Origin: Mobula hypostoma
Lineage: Eukaryota
Direction of reading: 5' to 3'
Length of the DNA stretch: 64,000 bases
NCBI RefSeq assembly: GCF_963921235.1
Contig: NC_086097.1
Location: forward strand, 201,936,001-202,000,000
In this document: positions 25,898 through 39,479 of the stretch, piece by piece
Numbering within the stretch: the first letter of the stretch is position 1
Layout of the letters: each line of letters starts with the position of its first letter
Program-made: the position numbers and the translations under genes
Notes under the pieces: generated by a model
The model's database searches: none
What the model was told of the DNA's origin: nothing
Seen by the model: only the letters and a program-made list of their open reading frames with translations

Positions 25898-27179
25898 CTG
25901 AAACAAAAATGAATGATTTTCACTACCAAAAATACAATTTGTATTAAGAGATTCTTCTTCAGTTTAAATAAGATAATCTTATTATTGTTCAGGAGTATGA
26001 CATTACTTATCTTAACTCAGTATTTTCACCTCTAATTAGCTTCACAATTCCTTCCTTCTATCTTGAAGAGTGAGACTGGGTAAACAATCAATACCTCACC
26101 ACCCCCTAATGCTTTTCCAAAGACTTCACAAGTAAATCAGTAAGGAATAAAGCTAACACAGACACACACAAAATGTTCAAGATATTTGAGCTCCTGAAAT
26201 TCTTGTCTCAATATACCAAAGTTACTGATCTATTGTGCTAAAAGATCATATTGTAAGTTTTGCTATTAAAATTTAATTGCTGATACATGGTGATAGAATA
26301 TATTATTCAATCTATTTTGTATCAGGTTCTCTGATAACAATGGCCATGAAGGTCATGTGATAATTTTGCTTAAGGGCTTCAGTGCTTAGCTTGTAAATGG
26401 CCAAAATACCATTGATTACAATAGAAAATCATTTCTTTCATTTAAAAAAATGCTTCCCTAGCTGTGGTGCATTAGATGGTAACGACCTGAAAAATCAAAC
26501 ATTTTAAGCCTCCTGAAAGAGCCTGGGCCAAACTACTTTTGAGTTTTAGGAAGTTTGATGATATTTTGAGTCATTAGTGTATTCTAATAAACTTCCCACA
26601 GCACAGGCATTACACCTTATCAAAAAATCCAGACCCTGATGGAAATGAGAACACAACTCAAATAGGAGTCAAATAAGGTTAAATAGGGAATATGTGGAAC
26701 CTCAATATCATTTTGTGCAAAGGAATTGCTGAAAATGTCAAGAAATTGACCAGAAGTTGCAGAAACAATTCTTCTCAACATTTATAAAAACTATAATGTA
26801 ATTCGGTTTCTGCAAAGAATAACCAAAGTCTTTATCTGCATTGTATTCAATCTTTTCAATGTAATGCACAAACACCTCATCTTCCCTGAGGATTCAAAGT
26901 GCCACAAAGTTAATGATTATTATAGGAGATATGCTGTCACAGTGACTCGGTTTTCTGACACTTAATGCAAAGTTGCTGCTGCAGATATACTGAATGACCC
27001 TGATGGCCAGGTGTCACACACCATTTTTATCCCTCACATCCAACTTAAAAATGTAGATATTCTCTTCTGGATTCACACTAAACAGAGGAAATGATTCAAG
27101 TATGTTCTCAAAGCCTCCTTGAAAAAAAGAACAAAAAACAAAATCCCCACCGACTTAGAGTCCAAGAATCTGAGGAAAA

Positions 27180-30100
27180 AGGTGGATGATCTTGTCGTAC
27201 AGCTACAGATTGGCAGGTATTGTGGCCATCACTGAGACGTGGCTAAAGGATGCATGTCCCTGGGAGCTGAACGTCCAAGGATACACAGTGTATCGGAAGG
27301 ATAGGAAAGTAGGCAGAGGGGGTGGCGTGGCTTTAATGGTAAGAAATTATATCAAATCATTAGAAAGAGGTGACACAGGATTGGAAGGTGCAGAATCTTT
27401 ATGGGTTGAGCTAAGAAATCGCAGGGGTAAAAGGACCCTGATGGCAGTTATTTATAGGCCTCCAAACAGCTGCAGTAATGTGGACTACAAATTACAACAG
27501 GAAATAGAAAAGGCTTGTCAGAAGGGCAGTATTATGATAATTGTGGGGGATTTTAACATGCAAGTGGATTGGGAAAATCAGGTCGGCACTGGATCTCAAG
27601 AGAGAGAATTTGTAGAATGTCTGCGAGATGGCTTTTTAGAACAGCTTGTTGTTGAGTCCACTAGGGGATCGGCTGTACTGGATTGGGTATTGTGTAATGA
27701 ACCGGAGGTGATATGATTGAGTTCACTGTGTAATTTGAAAAAGAGAAGCCGAAATCTGATGTGTCGGTATTTCAGTGGAGTAAAGGAAATTATAGTGACA
27801 TGAGAGAGGAACTGGCCAAAGTTGACTGGAAGAGGACACTGGCGGGAAGGACGGCAGAGCAGCAGTGGCTGGAGTTTATGCGAGAAGTGAGGAAGGTGCA
27901 AGACAGGTATATTCCAATAAAGAAGAAATTTTCAAATGGAAAAAGGATGCAACCGTGGCTGACAAGAGAAGTCAAAGCCTAAGTTAAAGCAAAGGAGAGG
28001 GCATACAAGGAGGCAAATGTTAGGGGGCAGACAGAGGATTGGGAAGTTTTTAAAAGCTTACAAAAGGAAACTAGAAACTATAGAAACCATACAAAAACTA
28101 CAGCACAGAAACAGGCCTTTTGGCCCTTCTTGGTTGTGCCGAACTATTTTCTGCCTAGTTCCCCTGACCTGCACATGGACAATATCCCTCCATACACCTC
28201 CCATCCATGTATCTGTCCAATTTATTCTTAAATGTTAAAAAAGAACCCACATTTACCACCTCGTCTGCCAGCTTATTCCACACTCCCACCACTCTCTGTG
28301 TGAAGAAGCCTCCCCTAATATTCCCTTTAAATTTTTCCCCCCTCACCCTTAACCCTTGTCCTCTGGTTTTTTTCTCCCCTTTCCTCAGTGAAAAAAGCCT
28401 GCTTGCATTCACTCTATCTATACCCATCATAATTTTATATACCTCTATCAAATCTCCCCTCATTCTTCTACGCTCCAGGGAATAAAGTCCTAACCTATTC
28501 AACCTTTCTCTGTAACAGAGTTTCTCAAGTCCCAGCAACATCCTTATAAACCTTCTCCGCACTCTTTCAACCTTATTAATATCCTTCCTGTAATTTGGTG
28601 ATCAAAACTGAACACAATACTCCAGATTCGGCCTCACCAAAACCTTATACAACCTCATCATAACATTCCAGCTCTTATACTCAATACTTTGATTAATAAA
28701 GGCCAATGTACCAAAAGCTCTCTTTACGACCCTATCTACCTGTGACGCCACTTTTACGGAATTATGTATCTGTATTTCCAGCTCCCTCTGTTCTACTGCA
28801 CTCCTCAGTGCCTTACCATTTACCCTGTATGTTCTACCTTGGTTTGTCCTTCCAAAGTGCAATACCTCACACTTGTCTGTATTAAACGCCATCTGCCATT
28901 TTTTCAGCCCATTTTTCCAGCTAGTCCAAATCCCTCTGCAAGCTTTGAAAACCTTCCTCACTGTCCATTACACCTCCAATCTTTGTATCATCAGCAAAAT
29001 GCTGATCCAATTTACCACATTATCATCCAGATCATTGATATAGATGACAAATAACAATGGACCCAACACTGATCCCTGTGGCACACCACTAGTCACAGGA
29101 ATGTCATTAAGAGGGAAAAGAGGAACTACGAAAGGAAGCTAGTAAATAATATCAAAAAGGATACTAAAAGCTTTTTCAAGTATATAAAGAGTAAAAGACA
29201 GGTGAGTGTAGATATAGAACTGATAGAAAATGATGCTGGAGAAATTGTAATGGGAGATAAGGAGATGGCGGAGGAACTGAACGAGTATTTTGCATCAGTC
29301 TTCACTAAGGAAAACATCAGCAGTACACCAGACACTCAAAGGTAGCAGGGAAGAGAAGTGTGTGCAGTCACAATTACGACAGAGGAAGTACTCAGGAAGC
29401 TGAATAGTCTAAAGGTAGATAAATCTCCCGGACCAGATGGAATGCACCGTCATATTCTGAAGGAAGTAGCTGTGGAGATTGCGGAGGCATTAGCGATGAT
29501 CTTTCAAAAGTTGATAGATTCTGGCATGGTTCTGGAGGACCGGAATATTGCAAATGTCACTCCGCTATTTAAGAAGGGGGCAAGGAAGCCAAAAGGAAAT
29601 TATAGACCTGTTAGCTTGACATCGGTGGTTGGGAAGTTGTTGGAGTCGATTGGCAAGGATGAGGTTACGGAGTACCTGGAGGCATATGATAAGGTAGGCA
29701 GAACTCAGTATGGTTTCCTTAAAGGAAAATCCTGCCTGACAAACCTATTACAATTTTTTGAGGAAATTACAAGTAGGCTAGACAAGGGAGATGCAGTGGA
29801 TGTTGTATATTTGGATTTTCAGAAGGCCTTTGACAAGGTGCCACACATGAGGCTACTTAACAAGATAAGAGCCCATGAAATTACGGGAGAGTTACATACG
29901 TGGATAGGGTGTCGGCTGATTGACAGGAAACAGAGAGTGGGAATAAAGGGATCCTATTCTGGTTGGCTGCCGGTTACCAGTGGTGTTCCACAGGGGTCCG
30001 TGTTGGGGCCGCTTCTTTTTATGTTGTACATCAACGATTTGGATTATGGAATAGATGGGTTTGCGGCTACGTTTGCTGATGATACGAAGATAGGTGGAGG

Positions 30101-31007
30101 GGCCGGTAGTGCTGAGGAAACAGAGAGTCTGCAGATAGACTTGGATAGATTGGGAGAATGGGCAGAGAAGTGGTAAATGAAATACAATGTTGGGAAGTGT
30201 ATAGTTATGCATTTTGGCAGAAGAAATAAATGGGCAGACTATTATTTAAATGGGGAGGGAATTCGAAGTTCTGAGATGCAACGGGACTTGGGAGTCCTCG
30301 TACAGGATACCCTTAAGGTTAACCTCCAGGTTGAGTCGGTGGTGAAGGCGAATGCAATGTTGGCATTCATTTCTAAAGGAATATAGTTTAGGAGCAGGGA
30401 TGTGATGTTGAGGCTCTATAAGGCACTGGTGAAACCTCACTTGCAGTACTGTGTGCAGTTTTGGGCTCCTTATTTAAAAAAGGATGTGCTGACGTTGGAG
30501 AGGGTACAGAGAAGATTCACTAGAATGATATTGGGAATGAGAGGGTTAACATAAGAGGAACATTTGTCCACTCTTGGACTGTATTCCTTGGAGTTTAGAA
30601 GAATGAGGGGTGACCTCATAGAAACATTTCGAATGTTAAAAGGCATGGGCAGAGTGGATGTGGCAAAGTTGTTTCCCATGATGGGGAAGTCTAGTACGAG
30701 AGGGCATGACTTAAGGATTGAAGGGCACCCATTCAGAACAGAGATGTGAAGAAATTTTTTTAGCCAGAGTGTGGTGAATCTCTGGAATGTGTTGCCAAGG
30801 GCAGCAGTGGAGGCCAAGTCATTGGGTGTATTTAAGGCAGAGATTGATAGGTATCTGAGTAGCCAGGGCATCAAAGGTTATGATGAGAAGGCGGGGGAGT
30901 GGGACTAAAAGGGCAAATGGATCAGCTCATGATAAAATGGCGGAGCAGACTCGATGGGCTGAATGGCCGACTTCTGCTCCTTTGTCTTATGCTCTTATGG
31001 TCTTATG
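27180..31007 (+). mobile_element. Near full-length CR1 LINE ORF2 (APE endonuclease, RT, 3' UTR); disabled and interrupted
   Basis: APE ORF 27186-27716 (VAITETWL, IYRPP, VGDFN). RT ORF 29358-30176 ([41 protein letters not shown]). (tcttatgN)n tail at 30984-31007. Confidence 0.97.
28070..29098 (-). mobile_element. 5'-truncated CR1 LINE nested inside the 27180-31007 CR1
   Basis: ORFs 28155-28562 and 28602-28961; it begins near [13 protein letters not shown] (29098) and has a (tagaaacYa)n tail at 28072-28090. Confidence 0.95.
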
Positions 31008-31019
31008 AATCAGAGTCAT

Positions 31020-32200
31020 TGAGTCGTTAAACATGAAACAGGCCCTCGGTCCTCCGTATCTATGCTGGCCTTCAACTTCAGTAATTCCATTTTTTTTAGC
31101 AATTGACTGGTAGCTTCCTCTGCCTTGGCACTTTAAGTGTTCATCTAAATACTTCTTAAATTGTTTTGAGTGTACCTCCCTACACCTCCAGCTTTGGGCA
31201 GTGTAGCATATATGTAAACTACTCTCTCTATGAACACTTCCTTCTATAAAACTCCTTGAAATTTTTACTCCTTTAACTTAAACTACTGGCTCTGATTTAC
31301 ATGCCTTTCATAGTAAATACCTCTGAGAATGGAAAAGTTTCAGACAACAACATCAATTCCCCTCATAATTTTTTATACCTCAATCGGGCTCTCCTTCAGC
31401 ATTCTCCACTCAAAGATAAACAAACCCAGACTGTGTGGCTGTCTTTGTGGCTGAAATCTTCCGCCCAGTGCAAACATATCTGTCTTATAATGTGGTGACA
31501 GAAATGCACAGCTATGGCCCAGTGTTTTCTTTATATACAGCTGTATCATTGCTCTTATATTCTGTGCCCTGCCTAATGAAGGAAAGTATCCAGCATGTCT
31601 GTTTAATCATCTTACCCATGTTTCTGCCTTCAGAGCTCCTTGATCATATACACCAAGATCCTTGGTTCCTGAGCACCTCCAAGCCATTTGGTCCAACATA
31701 CCTACTCTGCCAGATCACAGCTGATGATTTTTCTTAAATCCAGTGCCACCCCATGTCACCTCATCCCATTAATAACTAAAATTCTAATGATCTCTTTCTT
31801 AAATCCGCTCAGCCATCATATCCCTCCTTGAGTGAGAATTCAGAAGATTCCTTATCATCTGGATGATGAAAGTTCAGTTCATTTCTGGCTTGATTGGACA
31901 ATCCTTTATTTTGAAACTATGAACCCTGAATCTAGATATACCAGTGAACAGAAATAACATCCATACATTCACCTTCTCAAGCTTCCTAAGTATTTTTGCA
32001 GGTCAATAAAATCAATTCTCATTCTTCAGCAGTCAGCAGTCCACATAATTCTCTCTTGTACATCAAACCCACTACCCCATGAAAAAATTGAGTGAACCTT
32101 TTGCTGCACTCCATCAGTTATATACTTCTCCTTCCTCAGTTACAGAGACCTGTCTTGCACACAAGGTTCCAAGTCTTGATAATATAACTTGAACAAAACT
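31020..32200 (-). mobile_element. Highly decayed CR1 3' fragments
   Basis: Antisense remnants such as ccctcataattttttatacctcaatc, aagtatttttgcaggtcaataaaatcaattctcattcttc and gtgaaccttttgctgcactcc. Confidence 0.55.
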
Positions 32201-33197
32201 TATTGCTCAGTAGTTACCTACTGAGTGCAAGTAAGTTAGGGTTTGTATATTCAAAATGTCAAGTGAATTTTAATGGCATTGTGAGTAATAATTTCTGCTT
32301 ACAACTGCAGTAAGAATAGGATATCTAATTGTATATGTGTCTTAAAAGTTACTTCATGCAGACTTGCATCTGGCTTTCTTACCTCCTTTTTTAATTTCTT
32401 GAGACAATCTTCAACTTGTGCTGTGAACTAACATGCAGTTTTGATTCTGTGAGGATTCTACACTTCGGTTATTTGAAAAGTTTCTAGATTTTAGCCTGAC
32501 ATAGAATCTGCTGAAATCAAAATAACTGCAGAAGGTGGAAATGTAAATTAAAACCAGAAAATGTTGGAAATATTCAGTTGATCAAACCACATTTGTAGGA
32601 AGAAAAACAGCTAATATTTTAGTTCAAAGATCTTTCATCAGAACAAGTCAATGTTTGTTGTATCTTAATTCCTATACCATTATGTTTTATGCACCAGCTA
32701 ATAAAGATAAGTAATCTGCATGTCTTCTTAACCTCAACACCTTCATGTCATTTGGCCCTCTATGTCTATCTGCTCTGTATCAGTGCACAACAGAAATGTT
32801 TTGAAAATGTAGCCAGACTTGCTGAGAACTTCAAAAGTCTCCACTCAAAGCTGGTCAAACCTTCGTGAGCAATTGTGAGTGCAGAGCCATTCTAAGTGCC
32901 ATTCTTCACTATTAAACATAAAATATTGAACATAAAATCTAAGCCATATCCCTGCTGCTGCAAAAGGGCATTCACATGCATTAATCTGTGCAACAGATCT
33001 CTGAGTGAAAAGCAGCGTTTACATTTCACTTTTTAATTATTGTGTACAGGAATAAATGGCATCAAACCTAAACAAATCTTTGGTCAAAGATAGTGCACAT
33101 GCCTTTGAATCAGGAAGTTGTAGGTATCACTGTATACAAAGTTCAAAGTCAAATGTATTATCAGAGTACATACATGTCAGCACTTACAACCGAGATG

Positions 33198-35090
33198 TTT
33201 TTTTCTCTGTGGGCATACTTAGCAAATCTATAGGACAGTAACAGTAAACTGTAAACATCAAGAACTGCAAACTAAACAAACTGCAAATGTAGATATAAAT
33301 AAATAGCAATGAATAATGAGCATAAAGTAACAATATAACAGAGTCCTTAAATAAGTATAGTTATCCCCTTTTGTTCAAGAGCCTAATGGTTGAAGAGAAG
33401 TAACTGCTCTTCAACCTGGTGGTACAAGTCCTGTACCTTCTATCTGATGGCAGCAGCAAGAAGAATGCACGGCCTGTGGTGAGGATCTTTGATGATGGAT
33501 GCTGCCTTTTCTGCGGCAATGTTTCATGTCAATTTGCTCAATGGTTGGAAGGGTTTTACCCGTGATATACTGGGCCAAATCCACTACCTTTTGTAGGAAT
33601 TTCCACTCAAAGACACCTGGAGTATTGTGTGCAGTTTTGGTCCCCTAATCTGAGGAAAGACATCCTTGCCAAAGAAGGTTCACCAGATTGATTCCTGGGA
33701 TGGCAGGACTTTCATATGAAGAAAGACTGGATGAACTGGGCTTGTACTCGTTGGAATTTAGAAGATTGAGGGGGGATCTGATTGAAATGTATAAAATCCT
33801 AAAGGGATTGGACAGGCTAGATACAGGAAGATTGTTCCCGATGTTGGGGAAGTCCAGAACGAGGGGTCACAGTTTGAGGATAAAGGGGAAGCCTTTTAGG
33901 ACCGAGATTAGGAAAAACTTCTTCACACAGAGAGTGGTGAATCTGTGGAATTCTCTGCCACAGGAAACAGTTGAGGCCAGTTCATTGGCTATATTTAAGA
34001 GGGAGTTAGATATGGCCCTTGTGGCTACGGGGATCTGGGGGTATGGAGGGAAGGCTGGTGCAGGGTTCTGAGTTGGATGATCAGCCATGATCATAATAAA
34101 TGGCGGTGCAGGCTCAAAGGGCCGAATGGCCTACTCCTGCACCTATTTTCTATGTTTCTATGAGTTCCCACAACAGGCCGTGACGCAGCCAGTCAGCACA
34201 CTTTCCATACACATCTATAGAAGCTTTCCAAGGTTTTCGATGACATGCCGAACCACTGCAGACTCCTGAGGAAGTAGAGGCACTGTTGTGCTTTCTTCAC
34301 AATAATATTTATACGATGAGTCCACGGCAGGTGAGATAGTGACACCCATGAGTTTGAAGTTACTGAGCCTCTCCATCTCTGATCCTCCAATGATGAACCT
34401 CTGGTTTCCCTCTCCTGAAGTCTACAATCAGTTCCTTCGTCTTATTGACATTGTGTGAGAGGTTGTTCCTATCACACCACTCAGACAGGTTTTCAGTCTC
34501 CCTCCTGTATGCTGATTCATCACCCCCTTTGATACAGCCCACAATAGTGGTGTCGTCAGCAAACTTGTACATGGTGTTGGAGCTGTACTTAGCCACACAG
34601 TCGTAGGTGTAAAGCAAGTAGAGCAGAGGGCGAAGCACACATCCCTGCAGTGCTCCTGTGCTGATGGGAGAATGTGGAGGAGATGCTTTTGCCAATCTGA
34701 ACTGACTGGAGTCTACAAGTGAGGAAATCCAGAATCCAATTGCACATGGGGGTATTGAGGCCCAGGTCTTAGAGTTTACTGATTAGTTTTGAGGGGATGA
34801 TGATGTTAAATACCAAGCTGTAATCAATAAAGAGCATCCAGATGTATGCATCATTGATGTCCAGATGTTCCACGGTTGTGTGACGAGCCAACAAAATAGC
34901 ATCTGCTATAGACCTTTTGTTTCAGTAGGTAAATTGGAGTGGATCCAAGTTGCCATTCAGACAGGAGTTGATATGCTTCAACATCAGCCTCTCAAGACAC
35001 TTCAGCACTGTGGATGTGCGTGCCACTGGGCGATAGTCATTTAGACAGGTTACCACGCTCTTCTTAGTAAATTGAAGCCTACTTGAAGCA
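33198..35090 (-). mobile_element. Rex1/Babar-type LINE (RT to 3' tail), interrupted by a CR1
   Basis: ORF 34360-34695: [22 protein letters not shown]...KFADDTTIVG...NVNKTKELIVDFRR. The 3' part continues at 33198-33610 with a caaagttcaaagt tail. Confidence 0.92.
33612..34162 (+). mobile_element. Young CR1 LINE 3' fragment
   Basis: ORF 33688-34071 and a (ttctatgt)n tail; nearly identical to 56192-56582. Confidence 0.95.
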
Positions 35091-38000
35091 CTACACTTCA
35101 GTACTAATTCCAGGCTGAAACTCCAAAATATTATCTAAGTGGCAGTACTCATAGAATGTATTGCAAGGTTCTCTCTCAGTTTGACTTAAAAGATCCCAAG
35201 GCACTACTAAATTTAAGATCATTGTGAGATCCATTATCGTCTTAAAATGGGCCATTTCATCACAATGCCATTTGACTAACTAGCCTGAAGGTCTTTGGTC
35301 ATCTTATCATATTTCTATAGACATATATATTCATAGAAATAAGAACCCTCAAATGTCAGAGCCGGGGTTGGCTGCAAACAAGGAAAATTATTAACTGACT
35401 GAATCTGCAGTTGAGCAATCAGAAGATTACATAGGAAAGAAAAACAGAAGGCAGGGAGAAAATGTAGGAGAATGGATATCAAATTATAAGGCCTTCCACT
35501 GCTGACAAACATTACATCCTTAGAGCAGATACTGAAAAATCTTACATAGATTTCATATAAATAAGATAATCTGGGATCACGTCTTTCATTACTGGAGGGA
35601 AGGCAAAGGAAATCGGTGGCTTACTCAAGGTGTTGAACACACTGACCCCTCACTTTAACCTATTTCTCTAGACTGGCCTAATTTGATCACTGGCCACTAG
35701 ATTTTAAAAATTAACTACAATGATAGTGACAGAGTAAGTTTCAGAAGTGTATTACAAGCTACCTTAATACAAAACAACAATGATCATGTTTGCACTTCAT
35801 TGGATTTAACAGTTATGCCTGAAAAATGGTGCGGTAGAATAGACTAAGGCACATAAAAAAAGTTATAGTCTTGACAAACATAACTTATCAACCTGATAAA
35901 TCAGACTGATAAATCCTTTTATCTCTCCACTGAAATGTTCCTTTTCAACAGTCCTGATAGTTTTAAAAGCAATTATGTCCACAGTTCAGTTGTTACATTT
36001 AGTGATACCTAGATTGTCAGATTTATTGATATAAATTTTCTATTAAATGTAGCATCCCTATATTGCTGTAATAAGCTACAAATTGCTTTCATTCACACAC
36101 AGCCGAATGTTTTCAACATATTGTATTTTATTGTAAAACACTGATTAGTTTCTCAAGATAAACTTCAGCTCTGCAATCTTTATGTTATTGGTCTTAGTTA
36201 CCAATGATATGTAATGATTAGATTTTAATTAAGTTCTAATTTCTGGATCTTGACTCCTATTCAAAATTGCCATTAAACACTACATCTTCTGAACCAACAA
36301 GCATCTTAAACCTTAACATCTAACCTGCCTGCCTCTTTTCCTCCTAAAGGGTCCAAATGTCAATACTGTTGGCCTCACTCTTCCTTGCTGAACTATTGCT
36401 TGTCATGACTACCTATGTTTGCCAGAGCCCAATTCACTGAAAAAATTGAGCAGGCTTTATCTGACCCTGGCCTGACCTTTTAAACCATGTAATGGCTCCT
36501 CCTGACAATAGTTCAACTATTTTACAGATTATTTTAAAAATCACCATTAGCTAATTGTTTATTGCTTAATATGCCTCCTAATTTACTGCTTTTTATGTAC
36601 TTAATAAGTTTCAGCTACAAGATTACATTAAAATCCAAACGCATTTGTTAACAACATAGACAGCAAAAGAATATATTCAAGAGACAAATTGGAAAATGTG
36701 GACATATGTACAAAACAGTGAATCACAAAGTATATCCAGAAATAGTGTACTGAGAGTTCTGTTACCATCAATCACATGGCTTCAGTTCCTGAACAAATCC
36801 AATGACATTCACCAAACTGAGCAAGAGAGTCAACAGTTGGCTTTGGGGGAGAGGATTTTAGTTATCATTCGTTACTACAGTATTTCAACATCTTGGAATG
36901 CACTGAAAGAACATATTCAAAAAGAGATTTTGGTCCTTCACAGTTCTGGGGATATTCCTTGTTAATAGCAGAATTATAAAAAACAAGTTCTGTAGTGTGA
37001 TATCATTCAGGAGCAGGGGCTAAGAGTTGGAATCATGTGGGAACATCCCTAACTCTGATGTCAATATAGAAAGAGATCCAGAGGATTAACAGGACTTGTT
37101 GGGAGAGGAGTGGGGACAATGGGTGGATGTCATTCAGATACGGCTCACTGAAGGATTTCTTCTGTTAGCAGTAACAAGAAGCAGAAAGTACCTGCACTTC
37201 ATTGGTAAACTTTAAGATCTCTGCTATATTTTCAGTATATATTTTTATGGTTAAAACCTTTATTAACACATTCTTATACCATTCAGTTTGTCTCTGGGCC
37301 CAAGGAAGTTCATGCAATTATAATATTTATAGTTTGAAGTAACAAAAAGTAATTAGAAGTAACTGTTCTGATTTCTTTCAAAACTATATTTATTTGTATC
37401 ACAAGAACTCAACACAGAACAAGGAAAGTCAGTAGCAAGGTGCAATATGGTGTAAAATTCACAATAGCAAGCTAGCAGCTCATTTTACATCTCCCTGTTA
37501 TTGGCAGCACACCAAACAAGATGCAGTTCCAGTGCCATGCAGGAACAGTGCGTCAGAATAATGAAACTCAAGGACAGAGTAAATTTGTCAGCTACTTGTT
37601 CATTATTTAGGCAAACTGGCAGTGCCGATCAGTACTTTGGCATACAAGAAGCACAAGTCAGTGGGAGATTTGTGAAAATGTTTAATGAAGAAGAACTTAA
37701 TGAAGCAAAGGGGAAATAACCCTAAGTTTAAATTTTATATTTAGGTGTTTAAATTGTAACAAGTGCAAATAATTCACAGGAGCTGATTAACAATGAAAGC
37801 ATACAATTTGAAATCACTGTGCAGATTGCAAATATGAACTACTATAACAAAAAATTTATAATTGAATATTAGTTCAAGAACTAAAAAGGCTGAAGATTGT
37901 GATAAAACACATCAGAATCTATGATATGTTAAGGCCCCCGATGAAAAATCTTGACCTGCTGAGTTCCTCCAGCATTTCCTATGTGTCTCTCCAGATTTGC

Positions 38001-38599
38001 AGCATCTGCGGAATCTCTTATGTTCAGGTTATTTAATAACGTTTGTGGAAGAAAACTTGCCTGCCCTTTTCTGCATGTTAGTTGTTTTGTTCCCAAGCCT
38101 ACTTTTAAATTTGCCATCCAACTCTATTTCAGTGGGCTAACATAACCCATGAGAATGCTTTAAGAATGCAATTGATTTTTATTAGTCTCTTCTCAGTCCA
38201 ATCATGGATATTGTTTTTTGCTTTTTTGTATTGTTTCCTATATGTTATTAAATATTTTGGAAAATGAAAATAATAAACAGAAAAGCTAGCTGGTCATTCT
38301 TTGAAAATATTAACATTTTCCCACTCCAAAATTGCAAAAGGCTACAAGGCACATAAAAATAGTTCACCATCAATCAACTGATTTCCACATAGAGTTCCCT
38401 TCCAGTTAAAGGATTGCAGTTCTAAAATAAGGTCATATATGAAATTGCACCAGTCTTACAAGACTACAATATGAAATAATTATTTTCTTAAAGCACCGTA
38501 GTAAAATATATGGAAATCTTAGCTTACAATCTCATATCAAAATGCATTTTTCAGGACCACTGATGAGAAATTGCCACCCATGACAAGTATAAATCAGTA

Positions 38600-38622
38600 C
38601 TATATATATATATATATATATA
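38600..38622. repeat. (TA)n microsatellite
   Basis: Run of about 11 TA units. Confidence 0.95.
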
Positions 38623-39121
38623 TTCATTCTGAGTGTTTGCCTCATCCGGTGAAAACCATCAGCAATCATGGCAGAAGCAAAGCAAGTTTCAAGAAAAGCA
38701 GTGCTTCCTCCCATGCTTTTCATATTTATTTGTGACATAGTTACTGAAGTTGAATACTTAGTCAGCTGAGAGAATTCATAATCTCAAAACAAAACTCTTA
38801 AGAAAAGGTGAAAGGTCAAGCTGAAAAATAGCTGTGACTGAAGACATCAAAAAATTCAGGAAAAAGTAATCAAGGTTAAGATTGGATTAAATAAAAAGTT
38901 ATGAGGAAATGGAAGTGATGTGAGAGGTAGGAGGTTCTAAAGCTTTGAGGTCCAAAATTAAACTTTGACTGTTTGAACAGAATAGCAACATGGCAAAGAA
39001 ATGTAGGCACGTTATGGTTTTGGAGCTGAGAAGGGGCAAATGAAAAGTGAAAACCTGAAATCCCCAAAGCTTATTGTTCAGTTATTTCATTATACAGGTC
39101 ACCTTCTTTTCAAATAACAAT

Positions 39122-39229
39122 CAAGAGAAAGTCTGCAGAGGCTGGAAATCCAAGCAAAACACACAACATGCTGTAGGAACTCAGCAAGTCTGTGTTGCTG
39201 AGTTCCTCCAGCATTTTGTGTGTGTTGTT
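39122..39229. repeat. Short fold-back Penelope-terminus-derived element
   Basis: aacacacaacatgctgtaggaactcagcaa, spacer gtctgtg, then ttgctgagttcctccagcattttgtgtgtgtt. Confidence 0.75.
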
Positions 39230-39479
39230 CTTCTCATATAATTTTTTTTTAATTCTCTACATTGGTTAAGTCTTTACAGTGTGTGAAATTGGGCTCTCTT
39301 CTGATCTTGAAGTAACTACCCACAGGATTCAAGAACTGTAAACTTCTATCCTGCCAATACAAGTTAATATCAGATGACAATTGTCAGGATGGCATTCAGC
39401 TGACCAACGTGTTCATCAGACTGACAAGCCAAGAAATTAAACACTTGTTATAATATTTTACACAGTGAAATAAAATCGG

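Noticed and set aside
25700..25906. The 68-aa ORF as a standalone gene
   Set aside because: Only 25756-25897 resembles NOL4-family protein and is bounded by splice signals; the ends are intron read-through.
29358..30176. The 272-aa reverse transcriptase as a retron, DGR or other novel RT system
   Set aside because: Its motifs, upstream APE domain and microsatellite tail identify an ordinary disabled CR1 LINE.
27160..31020. Target-site duplication for the long CR1 (gaatctgag / gaatcagag)
   Set aside because: Only 9 bp with a mismatch and an uncertain 5' boundary; not distinguishable from chance.
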